From contig JAFWJN010000028.1 in NCBI GenBank assembly GCA_017514685.1, positions 910-64,909 on the forward strand: a DNA stretch of 64,000 nucleotides. The letters run 5' to 3'. This DNA comes from Clostridia bacterium. Its GTDB lineage: Bacteria > Bacillota > Clostridia > Christensenellales > CAG-138. A model generated the notes under the pieces. It saw nothing but the letters and a program-made list of their open reading frames with translations, did no database searches and was not told the DNA's origin. A program made the position numbers and the translations under genes. This document shows positions 1 through 10,123 of the stretch, piece by piece (positions within the stretch are counted from its first letter, which is position 1; every line of letters begins with the position of its first letter).

Positions 1-321
1 CGCGGCCAGGTTCTGGCAAAGCCGGGATCGATCCATCCGCACACGCACTTCATTTCCGAGGTATACGTACTGACGAAAGAAGAAGGCGGCCGTCACACCC
101 CGTTCTTCTCAGGCTATCGTCCCCAGTTCTATTTCCGTACAACGGACGTAACGGGAACGATCAAGCTGCCGGAAGGCGTAGAGATGGTTATGCCTGGCGA
201 CAACATCCGCATGGAAATCACCCTGATCACTCCGATCGCAATGGAGCAGGGACTCCGCTTCGCTATCCGTGAAGGCGGCCGTACGGTTGCATCCGGTGTT
301 GTAGCAAGCATTGTTGAGTAA
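1..321 (+). CDS. tuf: Elongation factor Tu, C-terminal part (5' end outside window)
   Basis: Frame 1 reads [14 protein letters not shown]...[27 protein letters not shown]...VMPGDN...[11 protein letters not shown]...VE*, TAA at 319-321; not in the ORF track because it has no start in the window. Confidence 0.98.
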   Translation, partial: RGQVLAKPGSIHPHTHFISEVYVLTKEEGGRHTPFFSGYRPQFYFRTTDVTGTIKLPEGVEMVMPGDNIRMEITLITPIAMEQGLRFAIREGGRTVASGVVASIVE

Positions 322-348
322 TCGAAACAAAAGATAAAGAAACAACGA

Positions 349-391
349 ACCCCCGAAAACGCGATATCACGTTTTCGGGGGTATTGCTTTT
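349..391 (+). terminator. Intrinsic terminator after tuf
   Basis: ACCCCCGAAAACG / CGTTTTCGGGGGT inverted repeat followed by ATTGCTTTT. Confidence 0.8.
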
Positions 392-642
392 GGAACCCAA
401 TTCATTCTGACAGAAAGCAGAAGACGGGAAGAGCTTGCTTTTTCTTCACACACTCGGAAAAACCATCTGGAAGATACCGTTTCAACCGCTGTCCACTTAT
501 GCATTCGCCTTATGTGTTCAATCAATAACTGGCAATTCTCAGATCAGCGGATAATACCGTCAGACTTTTCGATGTTTCTTGCCTTCCCATACGCTATTAT
601 ATACCCTCTGTCGCTTTTTGCCCCAGTCCATATAGCCAGGAA

Positions 643-1494
643 TTAATATAAAAAAGGAACAGATTGATCCGCATTAAATCCATCATAATTAGAACAAACA
701 AAAACTAACTCACCTGTTTCTTTTGAAAAAACAGCTATCCAGCAACATGAAAGCACAATCCATGCATCATAGTTTTGATTATCATAAATACGAAACTCGT
801 CTGATTCATAACCGATGGGTCTGTTTGTTATAATTTTTGACAATTCATACGATGCTTGAAGTACCTGTTCAACAGGAGCAGAGGAATATGGAATTTTTTT
901 ATCTGATAGTTTCTTAATACAATATTCTGTTAATGCTCCGGATCGATTTTGAAAATTGATTAGATCTGTTAAGGAAATCCTAGAGATATCAAATTTTTGA
1001 CTAATTCTTAACGCGTCTGTGGATAATTTGTTTGCTGAATGAAGTTCTAATGTTTTATCTTGATCAATATTTGTGCAAAGTATTAAATTTCCCTCCATAT
1101 CAAACGCTATAAGATATGAATGATAAAGCGCAATCCACAGGTTAGAAGCTTTATTTTTCAGAACTCTCATTTCGCTTTCATTAACTGTTTCAGCATAAAC
1201 CAAGGAAATGGCTTCTTTTGATGCTTTTACCGCATCTTGTAAATCAGTAATTGTTGCATCAAAAGAAACAGGGGGTACTGAACTGAACAGTCTCTGAAAA
1301 ACTGGGTCTGGACTGGTATTATCTATATCGCTAACCCAGAACCATAAATCTGCAACAACTGAACAATCCCAGTTTTCTGTACGATCAACAAGGTATGGTT
1401 TCTCAACGCCGCGATATGTCGCTATACAAGCAGAACACAGTATTATACAGCAAAGAACAATAGATCGAATAGATAAAGGAAGTTGTTTTTTCAT
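643..1494 (-). CDS. Membrane-anchored/secreted hypothetical protein with two internally repeated domains (possibly NTF2-fold immunity-like)
   Basis: 283 aa ORF in AT-rich DNA, GAGG RBS, N-terminal hydrophobic segment, duplicated unit (A..AS.E...ES.E.R...W...F...G.L...C.N). Confidence 0.6.
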   Translation of the reverse strand: MKKQLPLSIRSIVLCCIILCSACIATYRGVEKPYLVDRTENWDCSVVADLWFWVSDIDNTSPDPVFQRLFSSVPPVSFDATITDLQDAVKASKEAISLVYAETVNESEMRVLKNKASNLWIALYHSYLIAFDMEGNLILCTNIDQDKTLELHSANKLSTDALRISQKFDISRISLTDLINFQNRSGALTEYCIKKLSDKKIPYSSAPVEQVLQASYELSKIITNRPIGYESDEFRIYDNQNYDAWIVLSCCWIAVFSKETGELVFVCSNYDGFNADQSVPFLY

Positions 1495-1583
1495 GACAAA
1501 AGCCTCATTTATAATTGATTCCCCAAATTGTCGGATCTATATAGTAGACTTGTGAATTAACATATTTGTACAAGATTTACGAA

Positions 1584-2232
1584 TCATGGAGCGTTTTCAA
1601 AAGAAGGTGTCCATTCATGACCTTGAAGTTCATAAGAATCCCCATCAATGTAGATTGAAAAAGGTTCCTCATCTGCACCAATTGAAATTGCAACTAATTG
1701 AAGAACATCGCCTGAACCGCGATCATTATATGTGTATAGGATATATTGTTCTATATTGGAGTAACAAGCATGTGGCCGATCATCATAAAAAATAATACAT
1801 ATGTTCCACTGATCCTGCACAAGTCTTGCGATGAACAGATAATTTTTACTATTCGTAATACCGTAACGATGTCCTCTGCAAAACTGAAAAGTATTCTCAA
1901 TCTTCCAACCACCTTTTTCTTTCACAATATAATTCTGACGCATTGGCTATAGGAGCAATTCCAAAGGAATCTGTCTGAACAAAAAGGAGCGTATCGGGTT
2001 CCGATTCTATCGCTGATTTCGCTTCTGAAAATGTGTCATATGATTTCAGAAACATTATCTCGATCCGTGCTTTGGTGTATGCTTCGAAACCATTTACCAG
2101 CCTAAGAAAAGGTCTATTATTATAAAGCGCAAGATTCCAGGCTTGAGCGAGAGCAGCGAAAAGGCATATAAAACAAAGGATTACAAGTACAGTTGTTATG
2201 ATTATTCTAATATTTCGTTTCATCAGGAACAC
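1584..2232 (-). pseudogene. Probable frameshifted membrane-anchored hypothetical gene (ORFs 1897-2232 and 1584-1943)
   Basis: Two same-strand ORFs overlap by 47 nt; only the upstream one has a GAGGT RBS and a signal/TM segment; the second has no RBS. Confidence 0.55.
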
Positions 2233-2267
2233 CTCATTTTTTGGTTCTTGTAATCTTTAAATACAGG

Positions 2268-2518
2268 TGAAGTGCGGTTAAATTATGACATCGGGTTTGG
2301 TTCACGCATATGGGTACATTCAGCCTTGAATATCAAGCATTGTGTGCAAGCCGGTATTCTACCGGACTCATATATCCCAGATAGGAATGCATACGTTTTC
2401 GGTTGTAGAAGATCTCAACGTATTCATAGATATCCCTCTTGACTTCTTCTATTGTAGCATAGTTCTTCAGATAGATACACTCTTTCTTTGCCGTGGCAAA
2501 GAAACTCTCCGAACACAA
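2268..2518 (-). mobile_element. IS3-family remnant: C-terminal integrase-core fragment plus one terminal inverted repeat
   Basis: ESFFATAKKEC...YVEIFYNRKRMHSYLGYMSPVEY is the typical IS3 OrfB C-terminus; TGAAGTGCGGTTAAATTATGACA at 2268-2290 resembles an IS3 end; the rest of the transposase is missing. Confidence 0.85.
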
Positions 2519-2613
2519 AATTTACATAACGCACTAAAACGACATAAAATATCGTCTAAACATGGAGAATCTGATCGAAAAACCGTTTGCTCTTTGGAGG
2601 GACAGAGCAGAAG

Positions 2614-2640
2614 AAAAAAAGAGCGCGGATTACTCCGCGC
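2614..2640 (-). terminator. Intrinsic terminator after ygeW
   Basis: GCGCGGA-TTAC-TCCGCGC hairpin with an A7 run on + (U-tract on -). Confidence 0.65.
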
Positions 2641-2702
2641 AACAAAGAAGAGAGCTCTGTTTCAAGCTCTCTTTGGGGTTCTATACTAAGGATTTAGAGA
2701 AA

Positions 2703-3926
2703 TTATGCTTCTCCGCCTTCCCAACGCTGCTTTGCGCGTTTTTCAAGATCCAGAAGTGTCTTCTGAGGATCTTTGACTTTTGCAAGGAAGATCATAGCTG
2801 CAATAATGTACGGCTTGAATGAAGCCTGCTTGTAGAGAGGATCACGATAACGATCGAATACAGATGCTGCTACTTCACCTGCTGCGCAGGAAACATCTGT
2901 AATGTCTGCCGGCAGGCAGTGGAGATACAGAGCTTTGCCATCCTTAGTGAGCTTCATCATCTCTTCTGTGCATTCCCAATCTTTGTGCTCCGCATTCTGG
3001 GCAAGAAGACGTTTTTCAAGCGCTTTGATGCCTTCCATATCGCCCTTGCCATAGAGGTCGGTACGTTCTTCCATGGCTTTGAAAGGAGCCCAGGATTTCG
3101 GATAAACGATATCTGCATCTTTGAAAGCTTCTTTCATGTCATGCGTGATCACAAATTTTGCACCGCTCTTTTTGCAGTTTTCTTCCGCAACTTTGACGAC
3201 TTCGTCCATGATTTCGTATCCCTCGGGATATGCAAGCGTAACATCCATGCCAAAGCGAGTGAACAGACCGGCAACACCCTGCGGAACAGACAGCGGTTTT
3301 CCGTAAGAGGGGCTGTATGCCCAGGTCATGGCGACTTTCTTACCTTTAAGGTTCTTGATCGCTTCATTCAGATCGTCACTTCCGCCAAGTTCATGAATGC
3401 AGTGAAGCATATCAGCCATACACTGAGTCGGATGGTCGATATCGCACTGGAGGTTTACCAGAGTAGGCTTCTGCTCCAGCACGCCGGCTTTATTGCCCTC
3501 GGTAACTGCATTGACTACATTGTGCATGTAGGTATTGCCTTTGCCGATATACATGTCATCGCGAATGCCGATGACGTCTGCCATGAAGGAAACCATGTTC
3601 GCGGTTTCACGTACGGTTTCACCGTGAGCAATCTGACTTTTGCCTTCGTCAAGATCCTGGACTTCCAGACCGAGCAGGTTGCACGCGGAAGCAAAGGAGA
3701 AGCGGGTACGGGTTGAATTGTCACGGAACAGAGAAATACCGAGACCGGAATCGAAGATCTTGGTTGAAATGTTGTTTTCGCGGAGATGACGAAGAGCATC
3801 CGCAACGGTGAACACGGCAGCGATTTCATCATCGTTCTTTTCCCAGGTCAGGAAAAAGTCGCCGTTGTACATATTTTCAAAATGCAGCTGGTCCAGTTTG
3901 TCGGTGTATTTTTTGACGTTGCTCAT
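2703..3926 (-). CDS. ygeW: Knotted carbamoyltransferase YgeW
   Basis: FRDNSTRTR, HPTQ, WAYSPSYGKPLSVPQG, YPKSW and HCLPAD motifs. Confidence 0.93.
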   Translation of the reverse strand: MSNVKKYTDKLDQLHFENMYNGDFFLTWEKNDDEIAAVFTVADALRHLRENNISTKIFDSGLGISLFRDNSTRTRFSFASACNLLGLEVQDLDEGKSQIAHGETVRETANMVSFMADVIGIRDDMYIGKGNTYMHNVVNAVTEGNKAGVLEQKPTLVNLQCDIDHPTQCMADMLHCIHELGGSDDLNEAIKNLKGKKVAMTWAYSPSYGKPLSVPQGVAGLFTRFGMDVTLAYPEGYEIMDEVVKVAEENCKKSGAKFVITHDMKEAFKDADIVYPKSWAPFKAMEERTDLYGKGDMEGIKALEKRLLAQNAEHKDWECTEEMMKLTKDGKALYLHCLPADITDVSCAAGEVAASVFDRYRDPLYKQASFKPYIIAAMIFLAKVKDPQKTLLDLEKRAKQRWEGGEA

Positions 3927-3940
3927 GGGTTCCTCCTTAA

Positions 3941-5317
3941 TCAGTCATTCGCAAATTTGGTATTCGTTTTTCCGGCACGGAATACGGTGGCATCAACGCT
4001 CTTGTCCGCTTCCAGATAGAAATGGGGAGTCAGTGCATAGACAGCGGCGCAGGTGACAAGGTCCTGCTTCCAGGTAATCTCGTTCGGCGCGTGAGCCTGA
4101 GACTCAGCTCCTGGACCAAAGCCAACGCAGGGAATTCCATAGCGGCCCTGGATGGAAACACCGTTTGTGGAGAAGGTCCACTTGTCAATCAAAGGACGAT
4201 GCCTTAAGTGCATTGCCGTTGGGGAACCGATACGCTCTTTGCCGAACAGAGCTTTATGAGCGTTGGCCAGAGCCTGAACGTGCGCGGCGTTTTCCTTGTT
4301 GATCCAGGTCGGGAAATAGCACTCGGTTTCATATTTGAGACCGGTCCATGCGGGACGGTCGTAAAGGTACATGGACACCTTGACGTCATCGCCGTATTTT
4401 TTGCAGGCGGGCAGGTCTTCAATTTCCTTGATGCAGGAATCCCATGTTTCACCGGCGGTCATTCTGCGGTCAAGAGAGACAGCACAGGAATCCGCAACGG
4501 CACAACGGGACGGGGAAGTATAGAAAATCTGCGAGCAGGTGATCGTGCCGCGGCCGAGGAAACGGGCGTCTTCATAGTGATCCGGATTATATTTGGGATC
4601 AAGCATTTTGACGAGACCTTTGATTTCATCAGCATCCGTTGCGGTGTTTTCGTTCAGAGCACGGACTTCGGTCAGAATGTCTGCCATTTTGTAGATCGCG
4701 TTGTCACCGCGCTCAGGCGCTGAACCGTGACAGGAAACACCGCGGACGTCTACACGGATCTCCATTCTGCCACGATGACCGCGGTAGATTCCGCCGTCCG
4801 TCGGTTCAGTGGAAACGACGAATTCCGGTGTAATGCCGTCTTCCTTATGGATATACTGCCAGCAAAGGCCGTCGCAGTCTTCTTCCTGAACGGAAGCAAC
4901 GACTAAAATCTTATATCCTTCCGGAATCAGTCCGAGATCTTTCATGATCTTGGCTCCGTAAACAGAACTAACTACGCCGCCTTCCTGATCGGAACCGCCA
5001 CGTCCGTAGATGATATCGTCGGTTTCGTAACCCTCATAGGGGTCATGCTCCCAGTTTTTGATGTTTCCGATACCTACTGTGTCGATGTGTCCGTCAAAAG
5101 CGATGATCTTATCGCCGGTGCCCATCCAGCCAAGTGCGTTTCCTTCGGGATCGATTTCTGCTTTGTCAAAGCCGAGTTTTTCCATTTCGGCAATGGTGCG
5201 TTTGATAACGCCTTCTTCTTCACAGCTCTCGCTGGGAATGGCAATCAGGTCACGAAGGAATCTGGTCATGTCGGGAAGGTATGCTTTTGCAGCATCTTTG
5301 ATTGCGTTTACATCCAT
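3941..5317 (-). CDS. ygeY: YgeY-family M20 amidohydrolase (start probably ATG 5317; ORF track extends to 5335)
   Basis: [38 protein letters not shown] and AHAPNE motifs; adjacent to ygeW. Confidence 0.9.
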   Translation of the reverse strand: MDVNAIKDAAKAYLPDMTRFLRDLIAIPSESCEEEGVIKRTIAEMEKLGFDKAEIDPEGNALGWMGTGDKIIAFDGHIDTVGIGNIKNWEHDPYEGYETDDIIYGRGGSDQEGGVVSSVYGAKIMKDLGLIPEGYKILVVASVQEEDCDGLCWQYIHKEDGITPEFVVSTEPTDGGIYRGHRGRMEIRVDVRGVSCHGSAPERGDNAIYKMADILTEVRALNENTATDADEIKGLVKMLDPKYNPDHYEDARFLGRGTITCSQIFYTSPSRCAVADSCAVSLDRRMTAGETWDSCIKEIEDLPACKKYGDDVKVSMYLYDRPAWTGLKYETECYFPTWINKENAAHVQALANAHKALFGKERIGSPTAMHLRHRPLIDKWTFSTNGVSIQGRYGIPCVGFGPGAESQAHAPNEITWKQDLVTCAAVYALTPHFYLEADKSVDATVFRAGKTNTKFAND

Positions 5318-5331
5318 AAGCGTATTTCCTT

Positions 5332-5982
5332 TCATTCTTTCTTTTCAATTTCGTCCGAGGTTTTTGCATCAATGTAGGAATAAAGAGTATATTTGCTGAT
5401 GCCAAAGTATTTTGACACCTTATCGCCGCTCCGCGTGACTAAAAAGGCACCTGCATTGTTCAGGTATCGGATCGCACGGATCTTGTCGTCCTTGGTCATC
5501 AGGGCGACCGGTTTACCGATCTGAGCCGCCGACTGCTCGATCAGATCGTCCAGCAGATCGTTGACGGAAATCGGGATGCGCTCCGGAATGGTTGCTTCAA
5601 CTTTATGATTTAAAATGGAATCAATTGCCCGCTCTGCCATCAACAGTTCTGTGATGTCGCAGTTGATACCGAGAACGCCGTCGATTCCGCCGTTCTCATT
5701 GCGGATGTAAATGGTGGAGCACTTTAAAATACGGCCATCGTGCGTTTTCATCAGATAACCGGCACTGTCTTCCAGTTCGGAAGGATCTTTGGCACGAAGT
5801 GCTTCCAGTACGATTCGGCTTGGGCCATCTCCGACTTTTCGGTGAGTGACATGCCCGTTTTCAATGATAACGATTGTATGGTCGTTATCTTCGCCGGTAA
5901 GATCGTGAACGACAACTTCACAGCTGCTGCCGAATTGCTGTACAAGAGAAGAAGCGAGACGTCTGTAAAAATCTAAATCCAT
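5332..5982 (-). CDS. YheO-like PAS domain / HTH transcriptional regulator
   Basis: [12 protein letters not shown]...[13 protein letters not shown]-terminal YheO-type PAS; C-terminal GAFLV...[18 protein letters not shown]. Confidence 0.88.
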   Translation of the reverse strand: MDLDFYRRLASSLVQQFGSSCEVVVHDLTGEDNDHTIVIIENGHVTHRKVGDGPSRIVLEALRAKDPSELEDSAGYLMKTHDGRILKCSTIYIRNENGGIDGVLGINCDITELLMAERAIDSILNHKVEATIPERIPISVNDLLDDLIEQSAAQIGKPVALMTKDDKIRAIRYLNNAGAFLVTRSGDKVSKYFGISKYTLYSYIDAKTSDEIEKKE

Positions 5983-6155
5983 AGTTTCACCGCCCGTTTT
6001 TTTCTAATCATATTATACAAAAAAAGTGTGTCTGAATACAAGAGGAAAACTAAAAAAAATTTATGTTCCGAAAAAATGTTTTTGCTTTTTTCATGGGGTT
6101 GCAATGACACACTCCTTGGTTTAAAATAGTATCAAACAAGGAAAGGAGAACGATC

Positions 6156-6446
6156 ATGGAAGAATTCAGAGATCTCGTAACATTCGTGGATGAAAACGGC
6201 GATGAGTTTGATCTGGAAGTGATTGATTATTTTGAGTATGAAGGGAAGGAATACGGAGTCTTGATCGATCCGGACCTGCCCGATGATGCTGAATATTTTG
6301 AAGTATGCATCATGGAGATTGTGGTGCATGAGGAAGAGGATCTCGAAGAGTTCCTGCCGGTGGAGGACGATGCGCTTCAGGAGAAGCTTCTGCAAATTGC
6401 CCAGGAGCGCATGGCTGAATGGGATGAAGAAGAACCGGAAGAATAA
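6156..6446 (+). CDS. DUF1292-family acidic small protein
   Basis: VTFVDENGDE...FEYEGKEYGVL...PVEDD pattern; AAGGAG RBS; TTGCAA-17-TAAAAT promoter upstream. Confidence 0.8.
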   Translation: MEEFRDLVTFVDENGDEFDLEVIDYFEYEGKEYGVLIDPDLPDDAEYFEVCIMEIVVHEEEDLEEFLPVEDDALQEKLLQIAQERMAEWDEEEPEE

Positions 6447-6452
6447 AGGATT

Positions 6453-6508
6453 AGGCAGTATGGAAAGAGCCGGAACACATCATGTGTTTTCCGGCTCTTT
6501 TACTGCCT
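6453..6508. terminator. Bidirectional terminator between the DUF1292 gene and tmcAL
   Basis: Long inverted repeat AGGCAGTA..AAAGAGCCGGAA..TTCCGGCTCTTT..TACTGCCT between convergent genes. Confidence 0.8.
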
Positions 6509-6522
6509 GCAAATTGTTTCGA

Positions 6523-7725
6523 TTATAATTTGATGGCGCTCTGAGAATCGCGGTGGACTTCCCGGCCAAGCACATATCCGAACAGATCCGTGGAGAACTG
6601 GTCAACAGCCATCGAGCTCTTTGCAAGTTCTGTGCAGTTGGAAATATCCGAATTGCGGAGAATGACCGGAATACTGCCCGAACCTGCGATCGCCGCCAGA
6701 AGACCTCGTGAGCAAGTCAGAAAGCCCAGGACACGCAGATATAGATTGTCTCTGTCCTGCAGAATGGCATCGGACAGTTCAGCGGAGATATGTATAAGGG
6801 CTGAAATTGCGATGCGTTTGCATCGCGCCATGGTATAGCGCTTGGTTTTGATGGAATCCAGGAAAGTCTGGATATCCGGAGAAGTACGGACGGCACGCGC
6901 AATGACCTGTTCAAACCCCTCCGACACATCCGGCAGGGCAGCGATTTCATCCAGAGACATGGATCTTAAGCGGTAGAGGATCATCGGTCCGAAATCCTCC
7001 AGTGTAACGGGGAACTGGGAGTCGAAACGCATCGCCCCGCTGACAAACAGAGGCATTGCGCTCAGGACCGAATCGTTGCCTTCCTTCAGCGCCTGACGGA
7101 TTGCAGTCGCGCTGGACAGTTCTCCGGTCAGCTGGGTTTCATTGTAATTGTTTCCGCGGCGCAGAATCGGAACCGGGCGTATGTGCGGAGCAAATCTGCG
7201 GATTGCTTTCAGGTATTCCACGGCAAGGATATTGTTGGGCTGCGTTAGAACAGACAGATCATTTTTCGGAAGATCCAGATCGGACAGGGCGTCAAACTGT
7301 GCTCTGGGGTAAGATTTGCCTTCTTTCAGATGATACGTGAGGTTGACTTTGAAGGCAGGAGGCTCCCTGTCAAGGATATCGGCAATCCGGTACAGCGCAT
7401 CCAGGTTTTCCGTTTCCACTCCGAAGGCGATATCTGTCACAACACCTGTGGCAGCCAGGAGTTTGACCGCTCCTTCCGCATAGCGTTCCGCTGAGGAGAC
7501 AGCCAGACACTGCGGAATTTCAACGATCATATCCGCTCCGGCACGAAGCGCCCATTCGGCACGTGTGTATTTATCGGCACAGGCAGGTTCTCCGCGCTGC
7601 ACGAAATTTCCGGACATGGCAATGATGCAGAAGGATGCTTCTGTTTCCTTTTTCGCCTGCTCCATGTGATAAATATGACCGTTGTGCAGGGGATTATATT
7701 CCGCTATAATACCAACAACTTTCAA
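6523..7725 (-). CDS. tmcAL: tRNA(Met) cytidine acetate ligase (HIGH-family nucleotidyltransferase); start probably TTG 7725
   Basis: GIIAEYNPLHNGH, MSGNFVQRGEP, PNNILAVEY and SATAIR motifs; AAGGAG 8 nt before TTG; divergent from pta-ackA as in other Clostridia. Confidence 0.88.
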   Translation of the reverse strand: MKVVGIIAEYNPLHNGHIYHMEQAKKETEASFCIIAMSGNFVQRGEPACADKYTRAEWALRAGADMIVEIPQCLAVSSAERYAEGAVKLLAATGVVTDIAFGVETENLDALYRIADILDREPPAFKVNLTYHLKEGKSYPRAQFDALSDLDLPKNDLSVLTQPNNILAVEYLKAIRRFAPHIRPVPILRRGNNYNETQLTGELSSATAIRQALKEGNDSVLSAMPLFVSGAMRFDSQFPVTLEDFGPMILYRLRSMSLDEIAALPDVSEGFEQVIARAVRTSPDIQTFLDSIKTKRYTMARCKRIAISALIHISAELSDAILQDRDNLYLRVLGFLTCSRGLLAAIAGSGSIPVILRNSDISNCTELAKSSMAVDQFSTDLFGYVLGREVHRDSQSAIKL

Positions 7726-7816
7726 TGTTGACACTCCTTTGTGATTTTTCTAAATCTAGTATACCATTTTTTACAGTTCTATGGTAAAATAATTTATAAA
7801 CTTATTTTGGAGGCTT

Positions 7817-8821
7817 ATGGATATGTCATTGATGGACTCGATCAAGGCGAAAGCAAAGGCGAACCGGAAGCACATTCTTCTGCCGGAAGGTGCAGAAGAG
7901 CGTACTGTTCAGGCAGCGGCTCGCATTACTGCGGAAGGAATCGCAAAGGTAACGCTGCTTGGCAAACGTGATGAAATTGAAGCGGTTGCAAAGAAATTCA
8001 ATGTTTCGCTGGATGGCATCGACACGATCAACCCGACTGAGGAACCGGACTATGAGCGCTATTGCGAATGGTTCTATGAGATGCGGAAAGCAAAAGGCGT
8101 AACTCCCGAAAAGGCGCATGATATGATAGCAAATCCCTTGTTCTACGCAGCAATGCTGATCAAGGACAAGAAAGCGGATGGGTTCGTCTCCGGCGCGATC
8201 AACACAACCGGAAACACACTGCGTCCCGGTCTTCAGATCATCAAAATGAAACCGGGCATCAGCACGGTATCCAGTTTCTTTGTGATGGAAATTCCGAACA
8301 AGGCATATGGCGACAACGGTCTGATGGTATTTGCTGACTGTGCTGTCAATATCGATCCGACGGCGGAACAGCTGGCGGCAATTGCTATTTCCTCGGCAGA
8401 GAGCGCGAAGACGATCTGCGGCATGGATCCGCGAATCGCGATGCTTTCCTTCTCAACCAAAGGAAGCGCAAAGCACGAGAATGTTGACAAAGTGGTTCAG
8501 GCGACCGCGCTGGTGCACGAACTGGCTCCGGAACTGAACGTCGACGGTGAACTCCAGGCGGACGCTGCGCTGGTGGAATCTGTCGGTCAGCTGAAGAGCC
8601 CGGGTTCTCCGGTAGCCGGAAAAGCGAATGTTCTGATTTTCCCGGATCTGCAGGCAGGCAACATCGGCTACAAACTGGTTCAACGCTTAGCGGGTGCGGA
8701 AGCAATCGGTCCGATCTGCCAGGGATTCGCTGCCCCGATCAATGACCTGTCCCGCGGCTGCAGTGTGGATGACATCGTTTCCGTTGTTGCGATTACCGCA
8801 GTGCAGGCAATGGCAGAATAA
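7817..8821 (+). CDS. pta: Phosphate acetyltransferase
   Basis: [37 protein letters not shown] and DLSRGC motifs. Confidence 0.97.
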   Translation: MDMSLMDSIKAKAKANRKHILLPEGAEERTVQAAARITAEGIAKVTLLGKRDEIEAVAKKFNVSLDGIDTINPTEEPDYERYCEWFYEMRKAKGVTPEKAHDMIANPLFYAAMLIKDKKADGFVSGAINTTGNTLRPGLQIIKMKPGISTVSSFFVMEIPNKAYGDNGLMVFADCAVNIDPTAEQLAAIAISSAESAKTICGMDPRIAMLSFSTKGSAKHENVDKVVQATALVHELAPELNVDGELQADAALVESVGQLKSPGSPVAGKANVLIFPDLQAGNIGYKLVQRLAGAEAIGPICQGFAAPINDLSRGCSVDDIVSVVAITAVQAMAE

Positions 8822-8839
8822 CAGGAGGAGCATGTACCT

Positions 8840-10042
8840 ATGAAAACAATTCTGGTTATCAATGCTGGAAGTTCTTCTTTAAAATACCAGCTGATTGACA
8901 TCGAATCGGAAGCGGTTCTGGCAAAGGGTCTTTGCGAACGCATCGGGATCGACGGCAAACTGACCTATAAACCAACGGACGGTGAAAAGTTCTCCAAAGA
9001 AGCTCCGATGCCCACGCATCAGGAGGCGATCGAGCTGGTGCTCGGCGTATTGACGGATGAGAAGATCGGCGTTATCAAGAACATGGAAGATGTCGCCGCG
9101 GTCGGTCACCGCGTCCTGCACGGCGGTCCGAATTTCACAGCGTCCGCGCTTGTTACGGATGAATGTATCGCCGCAATCGAGGAAGTCATCCCGCTCGGAC
9201 CACTGCATAATCCGGCAAACCTGATGGGAATCAACGCATGCCGCAAGGCAATGCCCAACACGCCGCAGGTGGCGGTGTTTGATACCGCATGGGGCATGAG
9301 CATGGAACAGAAAACGTTCCAGTATGCGCTGCCTTATGAGGTGTATGAGAAATATTCCGTCCGCCGTTATGGCTTCCACGGAACTTCTCATATGTTCGTG
9401 ACCGGAGAAGCAATCAAGCGGCTCGGACGCGAAGGGGATCCCGATGTGAAGGTCATTACCTGCCATCTCGGAAACGGATCCTCAGTCAGCTGCTCCAAGG
9501 GCGGGAAATGCGTAGATACCTCGATGGGTCTGACTCCTCTGGAAGGTCTGCCGATGGGTACACGCTGCGGAAGCATCGACCCCGCAATCGTACCATTCCT
9601 GATGGATAAGATGAATCTGAGCATCAAGGAAATGGATACCCTGATGAACAAGAAGAGCGGAATGCTCGGCATTTCCGGCGTTTCCAGCGACTTCCGTGAT
9701 CTGTGGGCGGCAAAAGAAGCAGGCAATGAGCGTGCTGCTCTTGCGCTGGATATGTTCGCACAGGGCGTCAAACGTTATATCGGTTCTTATGCAGCCGAAC
9801 TGAACGGCGTTGACTGCATCGTGTTCACGGCGGGTGTCGGTGAAAACGATCAGGCTATGCGCGGACTGATTATGGAAAATATGGAATATCTCGGCATCGA
9901 TTTCGATTTCGAGAAAAACCTTGCCGCACCGAAAGGCGAGGAGATCGTCCTGTCCAAACCCGGCAGCAAAGTCAAAGTTATGGTTCTTCCGACCAACGAA
10001 GAACTTGCGATCGCACGCGATACTGCAGCTATCGCTCTGTAA
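8840..10042 (+). CDS. ackA: Acetate kinase
   Basis: INAGSSSLK, GHRVLHGG, PLHNP, RRYGFHGTSH, HLGNGSS and PTNEEL motifs. Confidence 0.98.
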   Translation: MKTILVINAGSSSLKYQLIDIESEAVLAKGLCERIGIDGKLTYKPTDGEKFSKEAPMPTHQEAIELVLGVLTDEKIGVIKNMEDVAAVGHRVLHGGPNFTASALVTDECIAAIEEVIPLGPLHNPANLMGINACRKAMPNTPQVAVFDTAWGMSMEQKTFQYALPYEVYEKYSVRRYGFHGTSHMFVTGEAIKRLGREGDPDVKVITCHLGNGSSVSCSKGGKCVDTSMGLTPLEGLPMGTRCGSIDPAIVPFLMDKMNLSIKEMDTLMNKKSGMLGISGVSSDFRDLWAAKEAGNERAALALDMFAQGVKRYIGSYAAELNGVDCIVFTAGVGENDQAMRGLIMENMEYLGIDFDFEKNLAAPKGEEIVLSKPGSKVKVMVLPTNEELAIARDTAAIAL

Positions 10043-10058
10043 TCGAATCAAGGCATAT

Positions 10059-10090
10059 TACAAGGACTTCCGTCAGGAAGTCCTTGTATT
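10059..10090 (+). terminator. Hairpin terminator after ackA
   Basis: Perfect 13-bp stem TACAAGGACTTCC-GTCA-GGAAGTCCTTGTA; weak U-tract. Confidence 0.65.
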
Positions 10091-10123
10091 GGCTATTATA
10101 CAGTAAGGAAATCAATCAATCCG

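Noticed and set aside
392-642. Possible ncRNA or small gene between the tuf terminator and the island ORF
   Set aside because: No convincing ORF, hairpin set or repeat could be supported by eye
3941-5317. Selenocysteine recoding in the 'selenium-linked' YgeY or neighbours
   Set aside because: Frames are open with no internal TGA; no sel genes in the window
6523-10042. tmcAL next to pta-ackA as a novel acetate/tRNA link
   Set aside because: Already a known conserved clostridial arrangement
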